64,000 bases of DNA from a virus (IMGVR_UViG_3300026512_000003:101428-165427); one strand, 5' to 3'. Shown: positions 18,810 to 29,369, numbered from the stretch's first letter. Made by a program: numbers and translations. Notes: generated by a model from the sequence alone, not told the origin.

Positions 18810-20399
18810 ATGAAGTATAAAGAAAATGTCAGAGAAATGCACATAGGTGCGATAAAGTCTTTTTTCAAGGTGGACAAGTGCCCTAATAAAGAGCTAGAAA
18901 TAAGAGATTTGTCTACTGCCGTAGCATGTTGGTATGCGTATAAGTGGCAAACGGCAGAAGAGAAATTATCTTCTATCAAAGAATATTCTTCAAAGACAAA
19001 AAATGCGATTGTTAAGAACAAAAGAGATACTCTTTTTATATCAAGATGTACTATTGATGGGAAAGAATATTCTTTTGACGACTCACGAAGAGCAACAGAA
19101 GCTTTTGGTGAATATAGAATGAGAAAAATTATCGCAGAACCATGGAAGTATGTGTCTTCTATTAGCGTGTATAGAGACCAGATTGAACCAATTTGCATTG
19201 TTGATATTGGGTTCCCAGAGGATGCTACAGATACAAGCATTGAAGATACTGTACGAGGAGTTTTTGAGGAGGCAGGGTATACTGTAGTCGGAACTCAATA
19301 TGATATTTACGAATTAGAAGACATTGACGGAGTGTTTGGTATTAGCAATAGAGATAGATGGTTTGCTGAGGTTGGAGATAATACTGTCCTTAATCCTGAT
19401 TGGGAGGAAGTTGTAAATGTAGATTGTAGAGTCTATTACGCAACAAATACTGTAATAGACGATTATTGGAATTTTGAGCATCAACACAATATGGAATATA
19501 TTAGTGATTATCTTGATCCGGATGAAAAATGTTCTGTATATGAAAGAGCTGGAAAAGACTGGTATATTGCACCAACTCTTATTTCCGAAGAAAAAAATGT
19601 TGATTATATTCAAGAAAATGAAGGTGAGATAAATGAATCTGAATACAGCTTTGACGATTTAACAGAACAATCGTTTTTGACTATTGTTTATTTTAAAAAT
19701 AACTATAGAGAAGAACAAAATAAAATAGCAGAGTTTCTGAATGAGACAGTAACGGACCTAAATATGAAAGGTATTGTAGATAACTTTATAACTGACAATG
19801 AAGAACTCTTTGACTATTTAGAGGAAGAATATGGAATAAACAGATGGGATATAGCATCTGAAATAGAGCCTAAAGATGTCTTAGAAACAGCGGTGTTGTT
19901 AGCAATGGATAACTATATGACAACAGCAATAAACATTGAAAATGATCGTTTATTAAAAAAAATGTTTAGAGTTGTGGACCGTATAGGGATGGTTGTTCAA
20001 AAGGACGAATTTGGCTATTTTGTAGGATGGAATAATGAAAAATATCATTTTAGTATAACAGAATACCTTGTAGATGTTGTTTGTGGAAATGTTACAAACA
20101 AAGAGTTTATTCGTAAGATTATAAAAAGTACTTTGGCTAAAAAAGCAAAGAAGATAGAAGAGAAAGAATTGTGTGAAAAAGCCACTAAAGTCTTTGTGGG
20201 TATAGATGATTCTACATCTTCAGGAAATTGTTCTTTTGGTACAAGACAATTTGCTTATAGATATGGTATTGACACAACAAAAATAGGTGGAATAAGAGGA
20301 GATGTAGTTCTTGATTATGAGTTCACCTCTTATACAAAAAGAGCTGTTCAGGCAGCAATATTAAGGATGGAAAATGGAAACAATAACAGTATCAATTAA
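18810..20399 (+). CDS. Large acidic hypothetical protein
   Basis: 529 aa; AAGGAG RBS. Confidence 0.8.
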   Translation: MKYKENVREMHIGAIKSFFKVDKCPNKELEIRDLSTAVACWYAYKWQTAEEKLSSIKEYSSKTKNAIVKNKRDTLFISRCTIDGKEYSFDDSRRATEAFGEYRMRKIIAEPWKYVSSISVYRDQIEPICIVDIGFPEDATDTSIEDTVRGVFEEAGYTVVGTQYDIYELEDIDGVFGISNRDRWFAEVGDNTVLNPDWEEVVNVDCRVYYATNTVIDDYWNFEHQHNMEYISDYLDPDEKCSVYERAGKDWYIAPTLISEEKNVDYIQENEGEINESEYSFDDLTEQSFLTIVYFKNNYREEQNKIAEFLNETVTDLNMKGIVDNFITDNEELFDYLEEEYGINRWDIASEIEPKDVLETAVLLAMDNYMTTAINIENDRLLKKMFRVVDRIGMVVQKDEFGYFVGWNNEKYHFSITEYLVDVVCGNVTNKEFIRKIIKSTLAKKAKKIEEKELCEKATKVFVGIDDSTSSGNCSFGTRQFAYRYGIDTTKIGGIRGDVVLDYEFTSYTKRAVQAAILRMENGNNNSIN

Positions 20400-20670
20400 T
20401 TATGATGTGAAAATCCCAAAAAAATTTCAAGAAGCTTCTCCTGAAGAAATTCTAAGTTGGGTTGAAGAAGAATATTCCTTAAAAGGGGAAAGGTTACTTC
20501 AAAATATGGATAGTGAGCTGGATACAATAGAAGTAACACATATTGATGATAAAGAAATGGGAGGCATTGATACAGCATATGGGCAAGAGGTAGTTGAGAA
20601 GAGAAAATCAACTTATCGTTTAATCCTCGATGGTCAGCCAAATTCATATGCTATAAAAAAACAAATATAA
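20374..20670 (+). CDS. Hypothetical protein
   Basis: Co-oriented ORF. Confidence 0.65.
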   Translation: METITVSINYDVKIPKKFQEASPEEILSWVEEEYSLKGERLLQNMDSELDTIEVTHIDDKEMGGIDTAYGQEVVEKRKSTYRLILDGQPNSYAIKKQI

Positions 20671-20687
20671 GATAACAGGAGAGGAAA

Positions 20688-21320
20688 ATGCCTAATTGGT
20701 CAAATACAACAATGGAATTTAAGGGCAACAAAAGTGTATTAGAAAAAATCGAGACAGCCGTAAGAGAAAATAATCTTAGTTGTTTAGGACTAGAGGAACC
20801 CTTGGATAATCCTAAATGGGAGAACTATGTTAATGAGAATGGAGAACCTTGCACAGGATTATGGCATGAATGGCATATTCAGTATTGGGGTACTAAATGG
20901 GAAATGGAAATATCAAACATAGAAAACATAGATGGAATTTTGACTATAAGTGGACAGTGTGCTTGGAATGGTCCAAATAAATGGTTTAAATATATTTCCC
21001 AAAAATTTAAGTTGTCATCTACATATACAGATTGGGAAACTGGGGCGGACTTTTTTGAGGTTATTGAATATAAAAAAGGCGAATTGATAAAAGAGGCTAC
21101 TGTAGAGTTACTATCGAAGGAAGCATACACTTATATCGCAACCGACGCTTTCTCAGGATATGAGTATGTGTTATATGAAAGTAAAAATCTTGAAGATGCT
21201 AGTCAAAAGTTTCCTGAAGTTTTCAATAAAGCAAAACTTATGGGGATTTCAAACAAGGAAGTCGAAAATATATTATTCGAAGTAGGAGCAGAATATGGGG
21301 AAGAAGAGCAAGTTTCTTAA
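20688..21320 (+). CDS. DUF1281/YubB ferredoxin-like phage protein
   Basis: MPNWS...WHIQYWGTKWE...AWNGP. Confidence 0.7.
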   Translation: MPNWSNTTMEFKGNKSVLEKIETAVRENNLSCLGLEEPLDNPKWENYVNENGEPCTGLWHEWHIQYWGTKWEMEISNIENIDGILTISGQCAWNGPNKWFKYISQKFKLSSTYTDWETGADFFEVIEYKKGELIKEATVELLSKEAYTYIATDAFSGYEYVLYESKNLEDASQKFPEVFNKAKLMGISNKEVENILFEVGAEYGEEEQVS

Positions 21321-21546
21321 AAAAAATCCAAGACAAGGTGATTTGTTTAAGGGTACAGTGTTTGAAAGAGGTCCTGATGTCGATCCTGTGCAAGTATATA
21401 GAGATAATCTTGCTGTTGTTGGCTTTGAAGGTTTAATTAGTCTTGAAGTTGTCAATAAAAGTACTGGAAAGGTTGCAAAAATTGATTTAAAAAAAGATAG
21501 TATTAAAGCAATGCTAGAATATTTACACATTTTAAAAAAAGGATAG
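21295..21546 (+). CDS. Hypothetical protein
   Basis: AGGAG RBS. Confidence 0.65.
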   Translation: MGKKSKFLKKNPRQGDLFKGTVFERGPDVDPVQVYRDNLAVVGFEGLISLEVVNKSTGKVAKIDLKKDSIKAMLEYLHILKKG

Positions 21547-21799
21547 ATTTATGAATTTGATATTGAAAGTTAAATTTGGGAAAGAAGTGGAGGAGATAGT
21601 TATAGCAGATGTGAAGTTTTATAGTTTCGAAAGAAATTTCATTGCTGTACATAGAAATAATGGAAAAAAAATATATATTAAGACAGGTGCTCTATATCAG
21701 CTAAAGGAGGAATAATGTTAGAAAAGAAAACGATATGGCTTAGTGCAGTTGCGATAGTAATTGCTTCTTTGATTCAATTAATTTTAGAATGGAGTTGAG

Positions 21800-22045
21800 A
21801 TGACAGATTGGATAAAAACACTCAATAATGTAATCTTTAGATGTCCTAAAGATAAAGTCACTATGTCAATAAAAGATGTTAATGAAATTAGAAGTGAACT
21901 AGTAAAGTTGACAAAAGATGTTGAATATAGAAAAAAAGAGATTGCGAGATTAAAAGCTGAAAACATGAGGCTTACAGGTAAAACAATAGAATTAGCAGAA
22001 GCTAATGAGGCAATAGACATATATAAAATAAACGAGGTGGTGTGA
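21800..22045 (+). CDS. Coiled-coil hypothetical protein
   Basis: GGAG RBS. Confidence 0.65.
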   Translation: MTDWIKTLNNVIFRCPKDKVTMSIKDVNEIRSELVKLTKDVEYRKKEIARLKAENMRLTGKTIELAEANEAIDIYKINEVV

Positions 22046-22257
22046 TGAAAATAAAAACATATGCAACGCATATCTTAAAGCAAAGAGATATGGAAAACAT
22101 AGAGATGACGATAAAAAAACTTGGATTTAAAAAACGAGACTACAGAATAGTGCATTTTGGCAATTTATGGGAGCTGAAAATCATAAATAAAGAGTTGCAT
22201 TGGCTTGTAAAATCTATCTCAAAGTTAGAGAGAATAAAAAAAGTAAAAAGGAAATAA
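22042..22257 (+). CDS. Basic hypothetical protein
   Basis: Coupled ORF. Confidence 0.6.
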   Translation: MMKIKTYATHILKQRDMENIEMTIKKLGFKKRDYRIVHFGNLWELKIINKELHWLVKSISKLERIKKVKRK

Positions 22258-22259
22258 AC

Positions 22260-22973
22260 ATGTTTAATAAAGTTATAATATTAGGAAATCTTACTAGAGA
22301 TATTGAGTTGAAGTATTTACAATCAGGTACAGCAGTAGCAGGCTGCGGAATTGCATCTTCTCGAAAATGGAAAAGTCAAGACGGACAACAAAGAGAAGAG
22401 ACAATGTTTGTCGACTTGTCTTTTTTTGGGAGAACAGCAGAAGTTGCGAATCAATATTTACACAAAGGTAGTAAATGTCTGATAGAAGGTAGATTAAAAT
22501 TAGATCAATGGACAGATCAAAATGGACAAAAAAGATCAAAGCATACCGTACAGGTAGAAGAAATGAAGATGTTAGACTCTAGGCCTCAGCAAAGTGGACA
22601 GCAACAAGGAGGATATCAACAACAAGGAGGATATCAGCAACAAGGCAACTATCAGCAACAAGGCAACTATCAGCAACAAGGCAACTATCAGCAACAAGGC
22701 AACTATCAGCAGCAACCACAAGCATACCAACCTCCACCAACGCAATATGTAGATGCAAATGGTAATCCAATAACTGAAGAGCAATATAAGCAGAATATGC
22801 AACAGCAAGCTCCACAACAGCAAGCTCCACAACAGCAAGCTCCACAACAGCAAGCTCCACAACAGCAAGATCCACAACAGCAAGCTCCACAACAGCAAGC
22901 TCCACAACAGCAAGATCCAGTTGTAGAAAATATCCCTGTTATAGATGTTGATGAGGACGAAATCCCTTTTTAA
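22260..22973 (+). CDS. ssb: Single-stranded DNA-binding protein with expanded Q-rich linker
   Basis: MFNKVIILGNLTRDIEL...IEGRL; acidic tip DEDEIPF. Confidence 0.97.
   Translation: MFNKVIILGNLTRDIELKYLQSGTAVAGCGIASSRKWKSQDGQQREETMFVDLSFFGRTAEVANQYLHKGSKCLIEGRLKLDQWTDQNGQKRSKHTVQVEEMKMLDSRPQQSGQQQGGYQQQGGYQQQGNYQQQGNYQQQGNYQQQGNYQQQPQAYQPPPTQYVDANGNPITEEQYKQNMQQQAPQQQAPQQQAPQQQAPQQQDPQQQAPQQQAPQQQDPVVENIPVIDVDEDEIPF
22599..22919 (+). repeat. Coding tandem repeats in SSB linker
   Basis: 18-bp G(G/N)YQQQ x6 and 15-bp QQQ(A/D)P x8. Confidence 0.95.
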
Positions 22974-23186
22974 TATTAGGTAACCATAAAGAAGGAGTAA
23001 AAATGGAATATTGTACATCCCCTTTGAAAAAAAAGGGGCTATGTGATGATTGTAAAAGAGATATTAAAATTTGGGAAATGAATAATGAAACAAAAATTCT
23101 TCCAGATCCAATCGTCACAGTGGTAAAAAATTTAAAAACTAAAAAAAATGTTTGGAAATGCGAGAAGAAAATAAAAAAGGATTAGC

Positions 23187-23438
23187 ATGACAATTTTAGA
23201 ATTTGAAGAATTTGTAATGGATGTTTTTGTAACTAAAGGTTGGGCTAAAGAGCATTTAGAAAGTGGACTTTCTACAAAAAGTTGGTTTAAAGTGAAATAT
23301 ACAAGTCTCTATAAGAAAAAAGAGATTGAAGTTATTAGAGAAATCAATAAAAAAACCATATGTCTGGTATCGGATGATAATTTTAATGATGCCTTCAAGA
23401 AATGTTTAAAAATGATAGAAAAAATAGAGGAGAAATAA
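23187..23438 (+). CDS. Hypothetical protein
   Basis: AAGGA RBS. Confidence 0.65.
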   Translation: MTILEFEEFVMDVFVTKGWAKEHLESGLSTKSWFKVKYTSLYKKKEIEVIREINKKTICLVSDDNFNDAFKKCLKMIEKIEEK

Positions 23439-23443
23439 AAGAA

Positions 23444-23974
23444 ATGAAAACACATCCATTGATAGAAAAAAATTGCACAAATGGACACAGTCAAAATATC
23501 CTAAATGAAGAGAGTTATTTTATAGTGCTAGAACAGTATGCTAAAAAAAAACAAGAACTTAGAGATATAAAAGAGAAGCTTGTTGAGTTAGGACAAAATA
23601 AAGTAAAAAAAGAGTTTCTTTTATTGTTACAGAAAAAAAGTTCCGAAGGAGATAAAAACGCTATTGTTATTATAAGCCAACTTGAAAAATTCTTTGGTAA
23701 GGAAAAATTTGATATTTCTATGAACAGAGATGAGTTAGAGTATGATAACTACATTACTAGATGTGAATATTTGACCTTTTCACAAGGTTTTACAGAGCGT
23801 TTTTTAATTATAAATAAAGACCTTGACTTTGAAATAACAGATATTACAGAGAAAGATGAATTGTTTCTTGACAAAGAAGGAGAAGAGATTGTTGATGGAG
23901 AGATAGATTGGTTAATAGATTTTTTCTATGCTCAAAACAATGAAATTATAGAAGTCTACGAAAAAAGGGGTTAA
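23444..23974 (+). CDS. Hypothetical protein
   Basis: GAGGAG upstream of MKTHP start. Confidence 0.7.
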   Translation: MKTHPLIEKNCTNGHSQNILNEESYFIVLEQYAKKKQELRDIKEKLVELGQNKVKKEFLLLLQKKSSEGDKNAIVIISQLEKFFGKEKFDISMNRDELEYDNYITRCEYLTFSQGFTERFLIINKDLDFEITDITEKDELFLDKEGEEIVDGEIDWLIDFFYAQNNEIIEVYEKRG

Positions 23975-23976
23975 AA

Positions 23977-24267
23977 ATGACAACAATAGAAGATGTAAGA
24001 AGAGTAGTACATGAAATGGACTTGTATCAAGTAGTGGTTATCCATATGACTGAGTTAGAAAAGCTATATCAATTTCTAACAAAAGAACAAGCGGAAAAAC
24101 TGTTTATAAAAGAGGCTAAGAGCTGGTACAATGAAGATGGGCTCGAAGAATTTGTTGGTGATGATGGTCAGTATGATATAGAAATTTTAGAAGAGTATTA
24201 TGGTAGCGAGCCATATCTTGACAATGAAGATCTGGCACATGTTTTCATGGAGCCAATGAATATATAA
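23977..24267 (+). CDS. Very acidic small protein
   Basis: D/E-rich, 96 aa. Confidence 0.7.
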   Translation: MTTIEDVRRVVHEMDLYQVVVIHMTELEKLYQFLTKEQAEKLFIKEAKSWYNEDGLEEFVGDDGQYDIEILEEYYGSEPYLDNEDLAHVFMEPMNI

Positions 24268-24309
24268 GGCACTTTTGTGCCTTGTTTGATAAGAAAAAAA
24301 GAGGTAAAG

Positions 24310-25218
24310 ATGAGACACCCAATATATAAATACGAGATGCTTCCAGTACAAAAGGCTGCGACGCTACTTGCAAACAATAAATGTAGTCTTGATACGGCTT
24401 GCAATATGGCTCTTCAAGGAGTTGGAGATATGACAGTGCTGTCTAAGAGGATGAAGAGTGCATCAGAAAGTCTTTTACGGGTAAAGTTAACAGCGCTTGC
24501 TCTAATGATTAGCGAAGGACATGTTTTTATAGATGCTGCATCAGACGATTGGAACTCAGCTGTTTCTCAAAACACTATAAAGAAAATGAGCCCAGCTTTT
24601 TTAAAATTTCCATTTACTAGTGGAGCTATTGAATTGAACGATATGGTCTATCATTTTGTAACAAAGGAAGATAGAATACTTCTTGTTTTTATGCATAGCA
24701 AAGAAATGGATAATATGATAAGAGATGGGTATACAGAAGAAGAGGTGATGAACAAAATAGAGAATGATGAGGAAATGCCTTTTTTTAACTGTATAGATAT
24801 AGAGTTTAAGGAAAAAACAGTAGAAGAAAGCATAATGAAAAGGAATACATATTTTGCTTCAAAGGACCGTTTAAAAAAAGTAGAAGAGGAAATCATATTT
24901 AACTTTTTGTCTGTAATGATGTTTATAACATTGAAAAGAAACACAGAGGAAGTGCGAGAAAAAATAGCAAAAGGAAAGCATAGCAAAAAGAGCAATGTCC
25001 CGAAACACAATATCAGAGTTGTAAATGTTAGGCAAATAGCAAAGAAAGGTTTGCCTCCGACAGGAAAGAAAAACCAAAAAAGCGATAAGACATGGATGGT
25101 GAGAGGGCATTGGCGAAATCAGTTTTATGCTTCAGAAGACATAAACAAACCAAAATGGATTGAGCCATATTGGAAGGGCGATGGAAAAGAAGTTCTTAGC
25201 AAAATTTACAAAACATAA
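24310..25218 (+). CDS. Conserved phage protein with VRGHWR motif
   Basis: WMVRGHWRNQFY...KWIEPYWKG C-terminus. Confidence 0.75.
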   Translation: MRHPIYKYEMLPVQKAATLLANNKCSLDTACNMALQGVGDMTVLSKRMKSASESLLRVKLTALALMISEGHVFIDAASDDWNSAVSQNTIKKMSPAFLKFPFTSGAIELNDMVYHFVTKEDRILLVFMHSKEMDNMIRDGYTEEEVMNKIENDEEMPFFNCIDIEFKEKTVEESIMKRNTYFASKDRLKKVEEEIIFNFLSVMMFITLKRNTEEVREKIAKGKHSKKSNVPKHNIRVVNVRQIAKKGLPPTGKKNQKSDKTWMVRGHWRNQFYASEDINKPKWIEPYWKGDGKEVLSKIYKT

Positions 25219-25431
25219 AAAAGCAAAAGTAGTAAAGTCGAAAATAAACAATCCATAAAGGAGGGTTGGGAAATGTTTTGTAAAACAAAAGAGTCTATCG
25301 TAGGAAAATTTTAGATATTCGTAACTTTTGTAATTGTAGCACTTACTATAAGTATATTGTTAAGTTTTGTCAAAAAAAGACAAGAGATAGTTTTAGATGT
25401 GAGTAAAAGATTAAATAAAAAAGGATGAGAC

Positions 25432-26103
25432 ATGCTTAGTAAAAAAGCAATTAGAAAACATATAAATATCATGAAATGGTGGTCTGACCAACCGTGTGAT
25501 TCACATTTGTGGGCGAAAGGTAAGCGTGATAAAAGTTGGAGAAGAGTGGATGAGCCTGATTGGCTTGAAGATGACATATATGTGCAAGGCGACTACAATG
25601 AAAATGCAAGAAAAGCACTTGTTGATGGGAAGAATATTATTAAAATATATCAAGAAGTTTCGGTAGATAGAAATATTGTAACTTGCAAAGAAAGAGCTTT
25701 TGAGATAGAAGATGGTTGGAAGTATCTTCCTGAAACTATTTTTAATCTTGATAGTGTTAAAGAGGGCGATTGGATAATCAACACTAAGGCTGGATGTACG
25801 AAGCGAAAGTCCCCGTTTAGAGCAGAAAAAAAATGGATCGAACAAAGACCAGGAGGGAATACTAAATTGACTGGAGATGATACAGATTTTGAATTCTGGG
25901 AGCCAAAAGAAGGTGAGCTTGCTTGGTATGGAGGAACATTGGCACGACACAAGAAAAAAGCAGGTGAACTGTATATTGGAGAGCCAGTAGCTATGGGTGT
26001 AGAGGTCTGTGCAAATATGGAAAGCCTTGAGCCTTTTTTTGGAAAGTTGCCAAAAGCATTAGAAACAGAGGAGGATATAGAAAATGGCTATATATGGGGA
26101 TGA
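25432..26103 (+). CDS. WxPxxGE-family accessory protein
   Basis: YVQGD..RKALVDGK, EGDWI, FWEPKEGE, EPFFGKLP shared with 40581/47122/62188. Confidence 0.75.
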   Translation: MLSKKAIRKHINIMKWWSDQPCDSHLWAKGKRDKSWRRVDEPDWLEDDIYVQGDYNENARKALVDGKNIIKIYQEVSVDRNIVTCKERAFEIEDGWKYLPETIFNLDSVKEGDWIINTKAGCTKRKSPFRAEKKWIEQRPGGNTKLTGDDTDFEFWEPKEGELAWYGGTLARHKKKAGELYIGEPVAMGVEVCANMESLEPFFGKLPKALETEEDIENGYIWG

Positions 26104-26326
26104 TAAACATTTAGACGGAGTTGAATACCTTTCTAGAGTAGAAGAGTTGACGAGAGAAGAGCAGGAAGTAGAAAATGCCCTCAAGTGGTTTGAAGAGAAT
26201 AATATAAAGGCATATAAAGATGGAGGAAATGTTTTTGTAGAGATGGACAATGAAAGAGAAACACACATAATGATTAGTAGTTCTGAAGTCTCTTACAGAA
26301 GCGATCTGTACTTAGAAGGAGACTAA
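26084..26326 (+). CDS. Acidic hypothetical protein
   Basis: GAGGA RBS. Confidence 0.65.
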   Translation: MAIYGDDKHLDGVEYLSRVEELTREEQEVENALKWFEENNIKAYKDGGNVFVEMDNERETHIMISSSEVSYRSDLYLEGD

Positions 26327-26327
26327 A

Positions 26328-26765
26328 ATGTACAAGTATGTAAAGAACGGTGCTGCAGAAGTAGTAGAAGCCTTGGTGCGTGGTGAACTGATAATGCTTC
26401 CTCAACACTTCTATGCAGAGGCATTTAAAATGAAAGAGGATGGGAGTGGCAAAAGTCTCATAGTGGATGTTTCATCAGGTGAGAAAGTAGAAGACTTAGA
26501 GGTGCTTGGCCTTTTATTGAGTGATGATTCTTTAAAATGGAGAGTTCTTCCGAGTGAATTTGAGGATGCTACTTTAGAGGCATGGACAGAGTATTTCTCA
26601 AATGATGAAGCTATAGAATATACAGGGCCATTATTAACAGAATGTATTTGTAACAAATGTGGCAACAAAGTGTTGAGAGAAAATAAATCAAATTATCCTT
26701 ATTTTTGTATATCTTGTGATGAAAATAAATTTCAATTTGAAGTTATAGAAATTAAGACCACATAA
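26328..26765 (+). CDS. Hypothetical protein with C-terminal Zn ribbon
   Basis: CNKCG...YFCISCDEN. Confidence 0.7.
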   Translation: MYKYVKNGAAEVVEALVRGELIMLPQHFYAEAFKMKEDGSGKSLIVDVSSGEKVEDLEVLGLLLSDDSLKWRVLPSEFEDATLEAWTEYFSNDEAIEYTGPLLTECICNKCGNKVLRENKSNYPYFCISCDENKFQFEVIEIKTT

Positions 26766-26779
26766 AAAAAGGAGAGCAA

Positions 26780-27520
26780 ATGAGGTATATACAACTAGGA
26801 AATGGTGGGGGGCTTGATGTGAGAAAAACAAACAGCAGCTTCCTTGTGGAAGTAGGGGAAAATGAGTATTTGTTGGTGGATTGTGGCTTTAATGTACCTG
26901 AGAAATTATTAGATCTTGAGGAGAATGATGAGCATTTTAGGATTGATCAGATTAAACATGTGTTTATTTCCCATACACACATGGATCATCTTGGAGGGCT
27001 TGAGACACTTATATTCATAAATTTTTTTAAAAACAATGTGAAAATGATTGTATATACAGGTAACATGGAAACAAATGATCAGATAAAACAGATGCTTCCA
27101 GACAGAGCTTTCAAAGGAGGACGGGAGAGTTGTATGGCTTTTGCGGAAGAGCTTATAAGTTTGCAAAATTCTTCTTATAGAAAGATTACAGAAAAAACAA
27201 AAATAAGAATTCTTTACCAGACATGGCATCCGTGTTCTAAGAACAATGGAATCATCATAGAAAAAGAAGGTAAATTTCTCGCAATAACTGGGGACACTAA
27301 AGCGTCAGAACTTTTAGAAGAAGAGATTATAGAGAAGGCTAGTGAATATAAGAATGAAAATATAGTTGTTTTTCACGACTACAGTTTATGGGATTGTCCC
27401 TCGAGAAATATTCATGCTTGTCGAACTGACTTTGAAGATGAGTATTCAAAAGAGTTTAAAGAGTTAGTAGTGAAGTACCATACAGGGCAAAAGTTTAATG
27501 AAAATTGGAGAGAATTTTGA
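26780..27520 (+). CDS. MBL-fold hydrolase, Apyc1-like
   Basis: LGNGG, LLVDCG, SHTHMDHLGGLE, TGDT, FHD...IHA...KYH. Confidence 0.8.
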   Translation: MRYIQLGNGGGLDVRKTNSSFLVEVGENEYLLVDCGFNVPEKLLDLEENDEHFRIDQIKHVFISHTHMDHLGGLETLIFINFFKNNVKMIVYTGNMETNDQIKQMLPDRAFKGGRESCMAFAEELISLQNSSYRKITEKTKIRILYQTWHPCSKNNGIIIEKEGKFLAITGDTKASELLEEEIIEKASEYKNENIVVFHDYSLWDCPSRNIHACRTDFEDEYSKEFKELVVKYHTGQKFNENWREF

Positions 27521-27729
27521 TGACAGAAGGTGATGGAAATCTTGCAGCTCTTGCAAAATATGAGAAAGAGCAGGACAACAATGAAAGAGCATATGAATCT
27601 TTTCATAAAACAGTTGAGGATGAAATGCTCATGGAGTTAGAGGATTTAAAAGGTAGTTTTGATGCTATTGCAGAACGCTATGGTTTCGAAGAAGAAAAGT
27701 TTTATGAATGGGTAAAAAACAACATATAA
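27520..27729 (+). CDS. Acidic small protein
   Basis: TGATG coupling. Confidence 0.65.
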   Translation: MTEGDGNLAALAKYEKEQDNNERAYESFHKTVEDEMLMELEDLKGSFDAIAERYGFEEEKFYEWVKNNI

Positions 27730-27742
27730 AAAGGAAAAGAGT

Positions 27743-27994
27743 ATGAAAAATTTTGAAGTAGGGTTTTATTTAAGTGTATCAGGAAAAAGTATCGTTGAAG
27801 CAAATTCTCAGGCCGAAGCAGAACATATTATGAGAGAGTACATTGCTGAGAATGGGATAGATAATTTAGAGTACAAAGCATTTGATAGAGAATTTGATGC
27901 AACGGGTGTAACAGAGATCAAAGGGTATAAGGGCGTTGCTGATATTTCAAAAGAAAGCTTTAAGCCTTTTACTGAATTTGAAGAGGACGAGTAA
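27743..27994 (+). CDS. Hypothetical protein
   Basis: RBS; 83 aa. Confidence 0.65.
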   Translation: MKNFEVGFYLSVSGKSIVEANSQAEAEHIMREYIAENGIDNLEYKAFDREFDATGVTEIKGYKGVADISKESFKPFTEFEEDE

Positions 27995-28653
27995 TGAATC
28001 TAATTATTGATTTATTGTTAAAACAGGACAGGTTAAATACGATCACAATTCCGAAGTGGAAAACAAAAGGGCTGAATTTTAGAAGGGCTATTAGGCAGGA
28101 ATGTGCAGAAGCGATTGACAGCACTGATTGGAAATGGTGGAAAAAAGGTGAGGTTGATGAAGAAAATTTAAAGATTGAAGCGATAGATATTCTACATTTT
28201 GCTTTATCAGTATTTATAATGGAGGATTCTTCTTTAAACTCTGTTGGTCTCGAAGAGCTGTTAAGTGGAGAAAAATATGTAGGAGTTAATGACTTGCAAA
28301 AACATATAGAAGTTGTTATCAAAGATAGTTTTAAGGAGAGCGCATCAATTCTGTTGTTAGATGCGTTACAGCTCTGTTCAATGGTTGGTTTTACTGAAAA
28401 AACATTGTTCCAAAAATATTCAACAAAGTACTTACTTAATGTATTTAGACAGCAAAACGGATATAAGGATGGTACATATATCAAAGAATGGTTGCTGAAC
28501 GGGAAAAAGGTAGAAGATAATGTTGTACTAACAAAGTGTGCAAAAGAAGTGTCTGAATCTGATAATTTTGAGGAAGATTTACTCTTGAAAGTGTGTGAAG
28601 CTTATACAGAAACAAAAGAAGCCTATGAAAAAGCAAAAGGAGATCAACAATGA
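27994..28653 (+). CDS. dut: Dimeric all-alpha dUTPase
   Basis: ECAE..DS..WKWWK, IEAIDILHF, LNVFRQQNGYK.GTY. Confidence 0.9.
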   Translation: MNLIIDLLLKQDRLNTITIPKWKTKGLNFRRAIRQECAEAIDSTDWKWWKKGEVDEENLKIEAIDILHFALSVFIMEDSSLNSVGLEELLSGEKYVGVNDLQKHIEVVIKDSFKESASILLLDALQLCSMVGFTEKTLFQKYSTKYLLNVFRQQNGYKDGTYIKEWLLNGKKVEDNVVLTKCAKEVSESDNFEEDLLLKVCEAYTETKEAYEKAKGDQQ

Positions 28654-29369
28654 AAAAATATTTGGTGCCGTTTGAGGCAAAAGAGGTGTGTTGGAATGCG
28701 TGTCTTGCTAGAGTCGAAGCAGAGTCTGTTGAAGATGCATATTCTGAGGTAGAATCTGTTATAGAAGAAGGAGAAAACCCTTTTGTTGAATTTGATTGTG
28801 ATTGGGATGGAATAAATACAGTTACAACAGAAGTGGAAGAAACGGTAGAGTATAGTATAGAAGACGATTGTGATACAACCAAGATGAAAGCATATATAGC
28901 TCCTGAGATATTTAATTGTTGGAAAGACTATTATAAATATAGAATAAAAGATTTGCTAGAAGCAAACGATTTGCACGGGGATTGGGTAGATGATATTGTG
29001 GATATTAAGCTTTTTAAATATGAAAAAGATAGGGAAGTTCATTTTATTGGGAACAATCTTAGAGTTGACTTTATCTATCTTCATGGTAATTCGCAAGTTA
29101 ATATAACACAGATAAATAATGTTGTATCAAGAAAAAAAGTTCAAGCTCTTTCTCAGGAATTAAACGACATGCTTCGTGAAGACAATTGGTTTGTGGAATT
29201 TATATATAAAGAACTTGAAAGAATCTACAATATACAGTTTACTAAGACATCAAACGCTAATGTGGGTACAGATACTGTAAGGGAGCTAGAATTACTACTA
29301 GCTCGGGCAAAAGAAGCTTTAAGGATAAATCAGCTTGAAGAAATGAAAAAAATAAAAAAAAGAAAATAG
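28650..29369 (+). CDS. Hypothetical protein, acidic N-half
   Basis: AAAGGAG RBS. Confidence 0.75.
   Translation: MKKYLVPFEAKEVCWNACLARVEAESVEDAYSEVESVIEEGENPFVEFDCDWDGINTVTTEVEETVEYSIEDDCDTTKMKAYIAPEIFNCWKDYYKYRIKDLLEANDLHGDWVDDIVDIKLFKYEKDREVHFIGNNLRVDFIYLHGNSQVNITQINNVVSRKKVQALSQELNDMLREDNWFVEFIYKELERIYNIQFTKTSNANVGTDTVRELELLLARAKEALRINQLEEMKKIKKRK

Noticed and set aside
22572-23018. Minus-strand repeat ORFs (LLLWS / VVELA)
   Set aside because: Shadows of the SSB Q-rich repeats; no RBS.
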